A stretch of 63,728 nucleotides of DNA, filler included, from Rhabdomonas costata (taxonomy: Eukaryota): the NCBI GenBank assembly GCA_019059605.1. It is 24 parts of 24 records of this genome, joined end to end, with 100 filler letters (N's around TTAATTAATTAA, not from the genome) between each part and the next. Parts side by side here need not be neighbours in the genome. Positions count along the whole stretch, not along the records: positions 37,263 to 39,820 come from JAHMHO010002867.1; positions 39,921 to 42,479 come from JAHMHO010002868.1; positions 42,580 to 45,137 come from JAHMHO010002869.1; positions 45,238 to 47,792 come from JAHMHO010002870.1; positions 47,893 to 50,449 come from JAHMHO010002871.1; 19 more parts are not named here. The stretch is one strand, 5' to 3'. Below the pieces are notes generated by a model that saw only the letters and a list, made by a program, of their open reading frames with translations, was not told where the DNA came from and did no database searches. Below, piece after piece: positions 37,274 to 48,399 of the stretch (position 1 is the stretch's first letter; each line of letters opens with the position of its first letter). The position numbers and the translations under genes were made by a program.

Positions 37274-37598
37274 GTTAAGCGTTTAACGGTGTTAAACGGT
37301 CGAAATTTTTAACTTTGAAAAATGAGCAGGGGGCAGTATAGCTAACCCCCTTTCAGAAAAATAACGTAATATAGTGGATAATAGCCCCCGTGGTCCGAAA
37401 ATATCTTCATCAATTTTTTTGCGTTTAACTCCGTTTAACGCCATTTAACAGCAATTGTCAAATTATTGCAAGACCCCCCCCCAGTGGCACGTCCCCGTCT
37501 CATCCGTCCGCGCCGCGGGCTGGCATCTGCCCCTAACTAATGATTTCCCAGTTGATCCGCCAAAGTCCCAAGCCGTTTAACGCCGTTAAACGTTTAAC
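37274..37598. mobile_element. MITE-like non-autonomous TIR element
   Basis: 26-bp inverted repeats at 37274-37299 and 37573-37598 (24/26 match), internal copies of the GTTTAAC motif at ~37423-37449, and no ORF. Confidence 0.65.
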
Positions 37599-38120
37599 AT
37601 CCAACCCCACAAATACAATTATCCCTAAACAAATACTCAGGTATCGCATCTGGAATATCTGGAATGCACAGCACCGTGCGCTTCGAAGGGTCCCATAGCA
37701 AGTGCCCATGGCAAACAGCGTGTTCCCGTCAATCCATAGCCAGTCAGGCTACAGCCTGCCTCTGCCTGTCATGTGCCCAAAACGCACCAATTGTCGTAAT
37801 TACTGCCGGGGTCGATGTCCACTCAGGCCGTCAACAGTCAGCTATTTACCGGCCTTACCACAGGCTAAAGCAGTGATTTTATGAGGAGGATCACAATTTC
37901 CGGCTCAAGGATATTACCAATGCGTGGGTCCGCTTCATGGGGAGAGCAGTGACAGTTACGCGGGCATGTCCTCATGTCCGCGATCAAGCGTGGGCGCACG
38001 AACCGGGCCTGGGCATCTCGAAGTCTCACGATCAAGGGAATATGCGTCGATGCGTTAACACGTCACCTCTCTTCTTGGAAGTGGCGTGCGATGCACTGTT
38101 TAACTCTTTTCCTCTTTTAG

Positions 38121-38560
38121 GGACGACGCACTTCTGCGAGAAATGCCACCAGCGTCAGACGAAGGGGGAGAACTTGGCGAAGATGAAAAGTATGTCACTC
38201 ACTGGTGTCACCCGCTATTCTTTTTGTTATAAGCGCTCCGACGTGTCAAAATGCACGTGAGTCCGAGTTTAAACGAGGACACTGTATCATTGAAGCAAAT
38301 CTGAACGCGACAGTGATACAATGCGCATGCCCTTCAGACATCCTGGTGATGTGTCTATGTTTTGAGCTTGAAGAAGTATTGACTCGTGGTATGCAAATAA
38401 GATTCCTCGCAAACCTTGTTCTGTTTTCGGGCTTTTTCCCCAAGGCTTTCCGCAGTGCGGGGGGCCGGATACGTGCCCACTGAAGATCCGCCATCCCCCC
38501 AATGGCCAGGAGTACTCCCTGGGGTGTGTCATCTGCCGCAAGGTCGCGGTGAGCTTCTAA
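38121..38560 (+). CDS. MYCBP2/PHR-family (RING-Cys-relay) E3 ligase-like C-terminus; exons 38121-38189 and 38445-38560
   Basis: GTTHFCEKCHQRQ..KMK|SFPQCGGPDTCPLKIRHPPNGQEYSLGCVICRKVAVSF*. This matches the PHR C-terminal pattern GTTHFC..CH...CPL...HPP.G.E..LGC..CR. Confidence 0.85.
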
Positions 38561-41500
38561 AAGGCACTGCAACTTGTCCAGAGAATCCAGAGAATACGCT
38601 ACCACCCTTTTCTACCTCCCTCCCCGCGTTTTTTGGTTTTTTTGTGTCGCTCTGGGCCGTGTCTTGTTGACGTTTGATGAGTTCCGGAAGGATGTACAGC
38701 TGTGTGGTGCCGATCCCTGCAGTGTGCTTCTTTTCACACTGCCTCTGCTTCCCTGGTCTTCGGACGTCTAGCTCAATAATGCCCCAGCCCGCCTGTAATT
38801 CAATTCAATTTGAAAATTGGCCGCAGCTGGGGCTTATCGCTTTGCCCGTGCTTTTCTCTCTTTGTCGTGCCTCCACATTTTGTCGTGCTACGGCCCTCAT
38901 TTTCTTCCGCGTTGTACCTTGTACGTTGTCACCCGTCTTTCCTGGCAGTCCTTTGTGTGGTTGCGGATCAAGCCCCGAAATCCACTCCCCAGTGGTACCA
39001 TATTAGGACTGCCAATGGAGCATTCTGTCACCCGCCCCTTGGGTGGGCGCCCAGGTGAGCCGTGGCAGAGAGAAGCACGCTAGAGGGGAGGGAGGCTGAT
39101 GCTTTGTTTCCGGTAAGCTCCACAGCGCTTCCTGGAAACGGCCGGGCCGTGGTTGGTGGGCCTACTCTCCCCTTCTGCTCTCTCTGGCTGCCTTTGCTCT
39201 TCCTGAGATGGTTGTAGATAGTTCTCGTTTTCACTACCTACCTGTCCATTTTACCCCGTCATTCCCCTGCTTTGTGAACATCCTTGCGTCACCTTTTCCT
39301 GGTGCCGTGGTGAGTGGTTTGTTGCTGATGGATCATCGTAACAAATTTCAAGAAGCATGAGCATTGCTGGTCATCTTTCCGGATACGGCACTTGCAGAAA
39401 CATCTTCATTGCGATGATATGCCCTGGTTGGTATTTTTTAACGGTGAGGTTGTCGAATTATTGTAGGAAAAAGGTCGGCATACACCACAGGTCGCATGTC
39501 GACGTGCCCCTTTGTCGCTTCTTCTGGTTTTCTGGTCGCTCCATTTTAGGCGTTTTCGCCCCCACCTTCAATTTCTGAGAGCAAGAGAGCTCCACACGAT
39601 TTCCTTCGACAGGCGGAGTTCCGGTCAATTTGTTTGATCGGTAAACTACCACAACACGTCAAACCTTTGCATTTAGCTAACTTAGGGTCATTTTCTCGTG
39701 TCTGCGATATTTTGTTGTGTTACTCTGCACCTCGAAGGCGCGAGAGACCGGGGAATAGTCTCACCCCCTTCTGTCTCTCTCCCTGCCTCGCTTCCTCCAG
39801 GGCCATCTCATCCACGTCCTNNNNNNNNNNNNNNNNNNNNNNNNNNNNNNNNNNNNNNNNNNNNTTAATTAATTAANNNNNNNNNNNNNNNNNNNNNNNN
39901 NNNNNNNNNNNNNNNNNNNNGTTGTTGGGGTCAAGTGTTTTCACTGTTCCTCGCTCGTGTGTTATTTTTCTTTATGGAGTTTGTTTTTGTGTGTAATGTA
40001 GAGCACAGCTGGGTATGGTGTGGTAAAGGTTCTAGTGTGGTAGGGTGTGGTGCTGTATGTCGTACGTTGTGTCTGGTTACGTTTGGGTCAGAGTGGATGT
40101 TGAACAATGGTGCGCAGTGTGACTAATGTGTGAAATTCTGGTGCGTTTGGTGCGTTGTCTGTGTCGCTGGTGCTGCGTTTCGTACTTCTGTGTGGATTTG
40201 AATGTTGGATATGTGGTGCTTCTCGGTCATCTGTCTTGATTTCAGCCATTCCTATTGGTGGTGCAGCGTCAGTGCTTTCGCATTCGAGTAGCGGAGTAGC
40301 GATGTGGGTGTGAGGTGAGATGGGGGTGAAGGTGATATGATCGGTGTGTGGAATTCTCGAGTATGGTTTTGTGTTTCCGGTTCGGTATTTTGGCTAATAC
40401 TTTGCTGGGTGTGTGTGTTGCTTGTGGTTGGCCTTCTGTGGTGCTGTAGGGACTTTGGGGGTGTTGGGTGCTGGTTCTGGGCTTACAGAGTTGTGTTGTG
40501 GATATGTCTTCTATGGTCTGTGTGTTGTTGCAATATGTATGACTTGATTCTTGATGTACTACGCTCGCTTGGTTTTCCGTTTTGCCTTCCTTGCTCATAT
40601 GTTACTGTAGAAATACGGTATGTAGACAAGAATATGAGAGCTACTTTGAGCAAGTAGTAATCCGATTGCGACAACGGAACGGTGTCTTGTATCACTCAAC
40701 TACTAGGCAATGACCTTGTGGAAGTGGATGTGAGCTGGATTGAAACCACACATTGTTGCTATGTCTACCCCGCATTCATGAGTTATGGTGATGATGTCGA
40801 TGACGACACTGTGAGAGGAAGTGTGGAGCGCCACAGCATATGCACGCAACACCAGATAGGTCAACACATTGCACGGCAGGCATCTCAAGTAACAAAATTT
40901 GTGTTGGATGGGAAGTCGTGCGCCATGATCACAATGGTACTATCCAATCTACCCATAGGATGTACAATGCCATAACCACAATAACTTGTATAAAAAGCGT
41001 TTGCGTGGATACAAAACCGTGAATTTATGTTTAGAAATACTAATGTACACCAACTAGTGGAGTTTATTGAACCCACTGAGTGTACATGCCATAGCGCGTT
41101 AGCCGACACCACAAGATGCAAACAGTGTAACAATCCGAATCGGTTGATGCAACTAGCTACATTTAGTTATGGTTGCTGCTACAGCTACAACCATAGTTAC
41201 CCTTCACGTGTAGATGTACCATATTCCAACACTACTCACCCTAGTTTACCGAACCACCACAGTAGCTAATGTTACAATCACCACCACTAGTAGTAGTGAT
41301 GCTTCGTGGATCTACATGTCAAATTGATGTAGTGGCTGGTGCAACACCAACCACCACATCAAGGTAACAACAAGGTTGGACAACTGCAACCACCACTGCC
41401 ACTGCCGATGCTGACTCACCATCCACGGCGATGATGCGACACTCTGGATGGACCCACTCTCTGTACGTGAAGCTGCCAAAGTGCTGACTGACCAACTTAG

Positions 41501-43689
41501 CGAAGGAGTAGGAACATCACCTCTACAAGGCCTTTGCGGTTGACTTCACCACCAGAACAGATGCAAGGGCTACTGCTGTTACCAACTACCACACCACAAA
41601 AAGGGAAAGATGGAGTGTATGGTCATGGCAACCACAACTTATAGTGTTGACAGTGCCTGGTAGAGCAAATGATTGTGAATCGGTGCGTATTTCTTGACCT
41701 TCAAGTACACGTGGCAAGTAAGAAGGGTCGAGCAGAACTCCGGGTCAACAGTACGACCCAGAGTGCGTTTTATAGCGATATTTGCAAAAGGGGCAAATGA
41801 CATTGTGGGAGACTACAACAGGGGATTCTTCGATTGTATCGGCTGCAAAAAATGCGCCACTGGAGTCGTCACAAAAGGCCTGTCCTCCCGCCGCAAATCA
41901 GAGCAGACAGAGACAAGGGTGGTGGAGTGGTGCGAAACGCGCACCAGGCACCCGCAATGGTCGCTGAATGGGATCTTTCACAACTTTGCGTTGGAGGTAA
42001 GGGTCCATTGTTTTGATTGTCTACCGTCATTTCAGTGTGGGACTGTGCGGGAATGAACACATTGTGCATCCGAACAACCGAATGAAACATCGACCTGTGC
42101 CATTGCAGAAAATGCTCGGTGTTCCTTGTGTGTGATGCATGAACTTTGGGTTGCTGAGAAGTTTCTCCTGAGTCTTGCAATTTCGCTTGATCCAGCGGCG
42201 GCCGCCTGGAGCAGCCAACCGTCCGACGATGGTCCCAACAAGCCAACTAGCCAACTAGCCTTGAATCATAAGGTTCAATCCTCGCGATGGCGACGTTTGG
42301 GGACACAGGCTTTTGAACACACCGCCGCAGTGGTTTGATGGAAGGCAGGGACCGAACTAAAAAATAACATCCAAACCCTTTCATTATGCAAATGGGTTGC
42401 ATACAAACCAAACCAAAAATCCGCTTCAAAGCGCCGAAATCCGCAAGAACAAGCGCCGGCAAAAGCTAAAACAACCCCCNNNNNNNNNNNNNNNNNNNNN
42501 NNNNNNNNNNNNNNNNNNNNNNNTTAATTAATTAANNNNNNNNNNNNNNNNNNNNNNNNNNNNNNNNNNNNNNNNNNNNGGTGTGTGGGGTAGAGTTAAT
42601 GCACACTCATGATACGTCCTGCATTCTGTCTCTACACCAGCGTCTTTCAGTTGACATATCATGAGTGTGCATTAACTCTACTCGACAGATCAAGCACCTA
42701 GTCTGCAATGAAGTGGCAGCAATCAAATGGCCTGCCAGGAGCATATTGGAATATCCACAATGTTGGCGTTCCCTGCCCAATAGTGTGCCCATGGATGAAG
42801 CCTCAAGTTCTGCTACTTTGATTGTCCATTTATTCTGGTTCTTGTAGCGTTTATGAGTCGGAAAGGCGCTTGAGTGTTCTGGAGAGGTTACATTGTGGTG
42901 TTGGACGTGTATCCATGTGATGGACGTGGTTCTATGGTTTGGGCGTGTATCTGTGGGTGGTGTTCTGGATGTTTATCTGTTGTGTCTGTGCGGAAACGCT
43001 TCATAGTCAACAACGCCGATTTTACTTTCCCATTTCACCTGTTTTTTGACGTGTGTGATCTCTATTGATCCATGGTTTCTATGATAGAGACCTATGGGAT
43101 TGTGAGACCATGCAAGAGGCACTACATGAAGCATCTACGGACTAGTTAAATGATACCAACGTGCGTACACACAACAATTAAGCTGATATCATAAGTAAGA
43201 AGTGCAAATGTAGCGTAAGTACTACGTAGAAGGCCACTTGGAATGCTATTTGTATAATTGCGGTGGAGTAGAAAAACCGCCCTCTTCCGCATCATTTTTC
43301 CATCACATTTGCTGTAGGATCAATGTAAGCGGACGCCAGAGGAACATTAAGTAACGCTAAAACATCTGATACATGGAAGCTTTTAAAAACTACTTGAAGA
43401 CGAGGTTTACGTTGCGACATTTTTGAGTACAGCATGTTAATAAACTAAGAACTGATATAAACTTTCAGTTTTTGTGTACAAATCCACACTAGGATCCAAG
43501 ATATTCACAAATTTTGTGCTTTTTTACGACTTAACCTTGAGGTACATTTTCATTCAACGGTTGTGTACAGACATGCAGGCTTAAATGATGACTAAAAAAC
43601 TTTCGAGTTTGCAGAAAAACATTGATGCAGACTGAGAGTTCCACAGGAAATCCATAGCGCCACCAAATATCATTGTTGCTTCCATGTTA

Positions 43690-45026
43690 TACGTCAAATC
43701 TCAGCTTGGAGTGGACGTTACTTTTACCATCCACCAATACGATTTGAATCACATGGCTCCTAGAGTGCAGTGGTGGTCACTGCAAGTTTGAGGGGGCTGA
43801 GTGTGTTTTCGGCTGAATGGTGGTGGGACGCAATGACATCAGAAACATTGCTGGTGGCAATTGCGTTGCAGCCCAGGGTGTTGTTGTTTGAGGAACTTGG
43901 AGAGGCTCAAGACAACTCAGTCTTAATACGTCAAATTTCCAGGCCGACTTGCTCACTTAGCGTTATGCGCCTCGACTCACATCAAAGTCTTTGGAAGTGA
44001 AATTAACCGCCTTCCACTTTACAACCCATCTTTTAATGGCACCTTGCTTTCACAATTCTCCTGCGGAGTCCTTCGCTTGCCTGGACTAATTTTTCGTGGG
44101 GTGGTCTTGTGCCTTACATCCTCTATTTGCAAAACAAGAGGGTATTTGGGGTGAAAATATTCCGCACGCGTGCATCTAGAAATTCCAATGCTAATCTAAC
44201 TCAAAATATCTTCTAACCTCATTTCTCTTTGGATTTCTAATGAAGCAAAGGCACAGCAAACAAACCCCAACCACACAGAACGTCCACAACGTCTCCCAAG
44301 ATGCTCGAACATACAAACCATACCAAATCGTTTTGTAATATAGAAAATGAAGTGGTCACCTCCTCTTCGGTCGCTGCTCACTCCTTTTTCTATGTTCCGG
44401 GCTATCCTCCTGCTAGCTTGATGTTGCTGATCTCTCTCTTTGCTTTTTGGTGGCCTTCTTTGTGATGTGTTTTTTCTGGATGGCCTGCCATCTATCTTCT
44501 TCTGGATCCTTCTGAAAAGAAACTTGGTCAAAACTCTGCTATCAAATCTTGCTTCATGTAATAATCCGCTTCAAAACCCACACATCTTGATTTCATCAGC
44601 TTCCTGCTTCCTGCATTCACGCCATCCATCACTGCACTATTCATTGCTTGCATCCTTCGATTCCACTCTCTCATCACATTGCATATTGTTTCTCTTCTGT
44701 CATGCACCACACCTCACTACTTCCCTAGCCACATCTACGCTTGAAGTTTTTCACTTTTCATACCTACTGATATATGCCGTGTCACAAAGGCCGTTCCATT
44801 AATCCGGGAGTCCGCCTTTGCGATAAAGAAGATGCGTTCATTTCCGCAGATAGTTAAAGGCATTGTAACCTTGGGTCTCGCGGTCAATTGTGTCATCAGA
44901 AAACATACGTCTCAGATCGTGGTGATTTAGACTGGCAAAACGATCCATTTGAGGAAAGATACCAAAGTTCCGGGAAATTGCAAAAACACAGTGTGGCACA
45001 GCATAACATAAAAGGTGATCCTCCAA
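43690..45026 (-). mobile_element. Degenerate DIRS-like (tyrosine-recombinase) retroelement remnant
   Basis: PQMDRFASLNHHDLRRMFS..QGYNAFNY resembles the DIRS methyltransferase-like domain (D.FAS..N....f.S.....dAF). A frameshifted THS..AVT..RIGGW-like stretch near 43690-43810 resembles a YR C-terminus. Many stops. Confidence 0.4.
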
Positions 45027-45237
45027 ATCAGTTTTCAGTTAACTTACCGAATCATTTTCTGTACGCTACCCACTGAACGTGTAAGGCATCTCTGGGATCA
45101 ATGTGACAAGTCGCACGAAAAAAAGTGCCCATGCACTNNNNNNNNNNNNNNNNNNNNNNNNNNNNNNNNNNNNNNNNNNNNTTAATTAATTAANNNNNNN
45201 NNNNNNNNNNNNNNNNNNNNNNNNNNNNNNNNNNNNN

Positions 45238-47774
45238 CACCCGTACTGAGTTTATCAAGGTTGTGTTGATCAGTTCGTCAAGCAGTCTCAGAAGGGATCT
45301 GACTGGTTCAATAGTAGCACCTTCAGAATCCGGCGTTTGTGGTTTTTGTTACCTATGGTAATCCCAGTTTTTTTTTTAAATAGAATGTAACAGATCAAGA
45401 CAGGGCAAGCACGCACAGACGGGGTACCAATATATTGCCATCGGGACGGCGCATCCCGCAAACCTTAGTGATGAGATAATTTGCATAAACAACACTTCAC
45501 ACAAGTAAATAAGCTGACATGGTGTCCGGTGAAGTAGCACGACCAAACAGAACCAACGATGCGCTTGGAAAGGGGAGCCCGCAGAGGCGCGGTCCCTATT
45601 TATCGGGAGTAGCTCAATCAAAGCCGCTGAGCAATAGAATTAAGTGGAGTAAACATAGGATGACAAACATCCCAGTTTAACTTTCAGATGGTCTTTGCTA
45701 TGAGCTTACGTCTTGCGGAATAGCTGCTAAGGATCCCGCTGTTCATTCTGCCGATGGCGATTGGCAACCTTGTGGAGTGCAAGGTCTCCGTGGACCGCCT
45801 GACCAGCTACTTCCAACTGCGGGAGAAGGACGAGATGGATTCTGGGGACCTGAAAAGCCCTGGGGTGTGGTTGTGTGTATATGGTTGTGATGGCGGACTA
45901 TGTATGTGTGTGTGGTGTGTGTGTGTGTGTGTTCCAGCGAGGCTTGCATTGCTTTGCTGCTTGATTTGGTCCTCCCCTTCACGGTATTCCTAACCTTGCT
46001 ACGGTTGGGTTTCAGGGGTGCATTAATATCATTGTCCAGCGTGCTGTCTCTCGACTCTGAATTGATGAATGACCCCGGACCCCGTTCTTCATACGGAAGG
46101 TTTGGCACTAGCATTAGCAAGGAGTCAATGGCCGTGGGCATTTGTCGCTTAGACGTCTTTTTTGGATGACTGCGGGCGTTTTTTTTTGCAGCGGCTGTGC
46201 CCAGCAGCTGGTACTGTCTCCTCTGTGATTCAACTGAGTCGTTTCCTGCCCGACAGCTCAGTTTGGTTCCCTCTCAGTCATCTCAGTCAGGAGCATTTTT
46301 CCAAATTTATACCCCCTGCTCGACGCGCGACGTTGCTCCCGCAAGTTCTGAAGGGACTACAAGGGATCTCTGGAATTGAACTAAGCAGCATCAGCGCGAA
46401 TGCGAACGCACGAACACAAAACAGACGCATGTCCGTCAACCGATTCTCCTTTATTCGGCGTTTCACTCCCCGCAGGTTCTGCTGGGGCACTGCGCCTTTC
46501 ACTGAGGCCGCATCGCCCTCCATCCACCCTGTTTTCCAAGAAGCGTCGAATCCCGCCACCAAATATCCTGCCCAGGCGGGTCCCATTGCTATTCCAGATT
46601 CGCAATCCGCAATCCTATGGGTCTCAACCGCTGCAACCCAAGGCTTGAGGCTCGAGGCTCGTTATCGCACGAGCAGGGCTGTAGCTGCTGCGCGGATGGC
46701 TCGTGCGATTCCTCACCTGTTGGACTCTTTGTGTGCTCCTTGGCGGGGTGAAGGTATTGTTTTTTATTTCACCCTTCCTCCGTGTTCCACGCTCTGCGTC
46801 GTATTCATGCGGTGGTTTGGATATGTTTGGATGCGTTTTTCTCGGTTGGAAAGCGGTCAATACGGGTCGGGTGAATGCTTTTCTTGCCCCGAAGTTTGAA
46901 TTAAGTACACGCACGCTGAAGTATTGAAAAGCGCAGTGGTGATCTCGGCATGGAATCTGGTGAGTGTGTTGAGAGCTGTGAGGTGCCGTTTCAGCTCGGT
47001 GTCTGAGGTCCGATGCACTACATTGGTTGCACAGTGCTTTGTGCTCAGTAAGAAAGAGCTTATTTATTTCACCCCATCCATGAGCGTGGTTGCGCGCTTT
47101 CCCTCCTTCGCCTCGTTTTTCCGGGAAATATGAATTTCTTTTTGTGCCCTAAAAAGGCCAAGGACGAGCGAGTGAAGGTTGTCAATGAGGTGCTGCAGGG
47201 GGTGGGTGATCAAGATGCAGGCCTGGGAGCGGAGGTTCCAGCAGAGGCTGGCGGAGCTGCGGGGCGTGGAGATCAGACACCAGCGGCGGTACTTCATGTG
47301 TCAGGTGTTGGAGTGGGAATTTGGGTGTGCCCTGGGTGATCCATCGGTTCTACTCGAACCGTTGAGTGCAGTTGTGAAAGACAGATAGGTGTTTTTTTAA
47401 CGCTTTTACTGCAGATGCTCTCAGCTCCTTCTGCATGGAGACCCTCCCCTCCTTTGTCTTTCATAGGCTCTCAGCAGTACAGTGATGTTCACAACTCCTC
47501 TAGCGGTGGCCGTGGTTTCCTTTGCTGCCTTTGTGCTGACGGGCAATGAGCTGAGCGTGTCCCGGGCGATGATGTCCATCCTCCTGTTCGAAGTGTGTGT
47601 GTTGGGAAGGCATACCGCGTGAAGCTAGACTCCTGCACCTCCTTATTCACCCGTACTGAGTTCATCAAGGTTGTGTTGATCAGTTCGTCAAGCAGTCTCA
47701 GAAGGGATCTGACTGGTTCAATAGTAGCACCTTCAGAATCCGGCGTTTGTGGTTTTTGTTACCTATGGTAATCC
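45238..47774 (+). repeat. 127-bp direct repeat at both contig ends (45238-45364 and 47648-47774)
   Basis: Identical except one substitution (GAGTTT vs GAGTTC); period 2410 bp. Confidence 0.95.
45724..47592 (+). pseudogene. ABCC/MRP-type ABC transporter TMD1 exons in permuted order: 45724-~45864 (third), 47157-47304 (first, frameshifted), 47467-47592 (second)
   Basis: AKDERVKVVNEVLQGV-fs-VIKMQAWE..CQ|ALSSTVMFTTPLAVAVVSFAAFVL..LLFE|LLRIPLFILPMAIGNLVECKVSVDRLTSYF are classic ABCC TMD1 motifs. Exon 47157-47304 is 148 nt, about 2 nt short at ~47202-47208. Confidence 0.82.
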
Positions 47775-48399
47775 TATGGTAACAAAAAACCANNNNNNNN
47801 NNNNNNNNNNNNNNNNNNNNNNNNNNNNNNNNNNNNTTAATTAATTAANNNNNNNNNNNNNNNNNNNNNNNNNNNNNNNNNNNNNNNNNNNNTGTGTTGT
47901 TGTACGGAAGCTGAAGAGCTGAGATTGCAGTGGTTGCGGTGGGATTCGGGAGGAAGACTAGAGTGGGGAAAGAATTCACATCGGGTGGGGGCAGGAGGGG
48001 TGAGCACACTAGAGAGGTGTGGCGTGCACCGGGAAACGAAAGAAGAAAAGGGAGGTGTATGAATGCAACAATGTGAGGGCGAACGCCGAGAAGCAATAGT
48101 CTGGGGCAACAAGGGTGGCTGAAAAACGGGTAGACTACACTAGTCTGGCACAAACAATCGGGCTCCCGTGGCCGGGTCTTCCCGCAACAGCCGCCTCTCC
48201 AGCACCTCCAAGGGGCCTCGAGTCAAAGTCAGCACGCAGGTCCCCAAGGAACGGGAACGTTGGTTGGTGGCGCCGGTTCGAATTCATGCGCCACTGCCCC
48301 TTGTTCGACGACTGGTCTGACCTGCCGTCCTGCGGGGACGTCCTCCTCAGATGTGATGAAGACAAATTCAGTAAGCTGTGCTCCCACTCATCGTGGAGA

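Noticed and set aside
46162-46899. 245-aa ORF between the ABCC exons, and many other long six-frame ORFs
   Set aside because: They show no recognisable motifs or exon-like codon bias. Most track ORFs are antisense or intron read-through of real exons.
48265-48295. GGTTCGAATTC, resembling a tRNA T-loop
   Set aside because: There is no T-stem or cloverleaf pairing around it.
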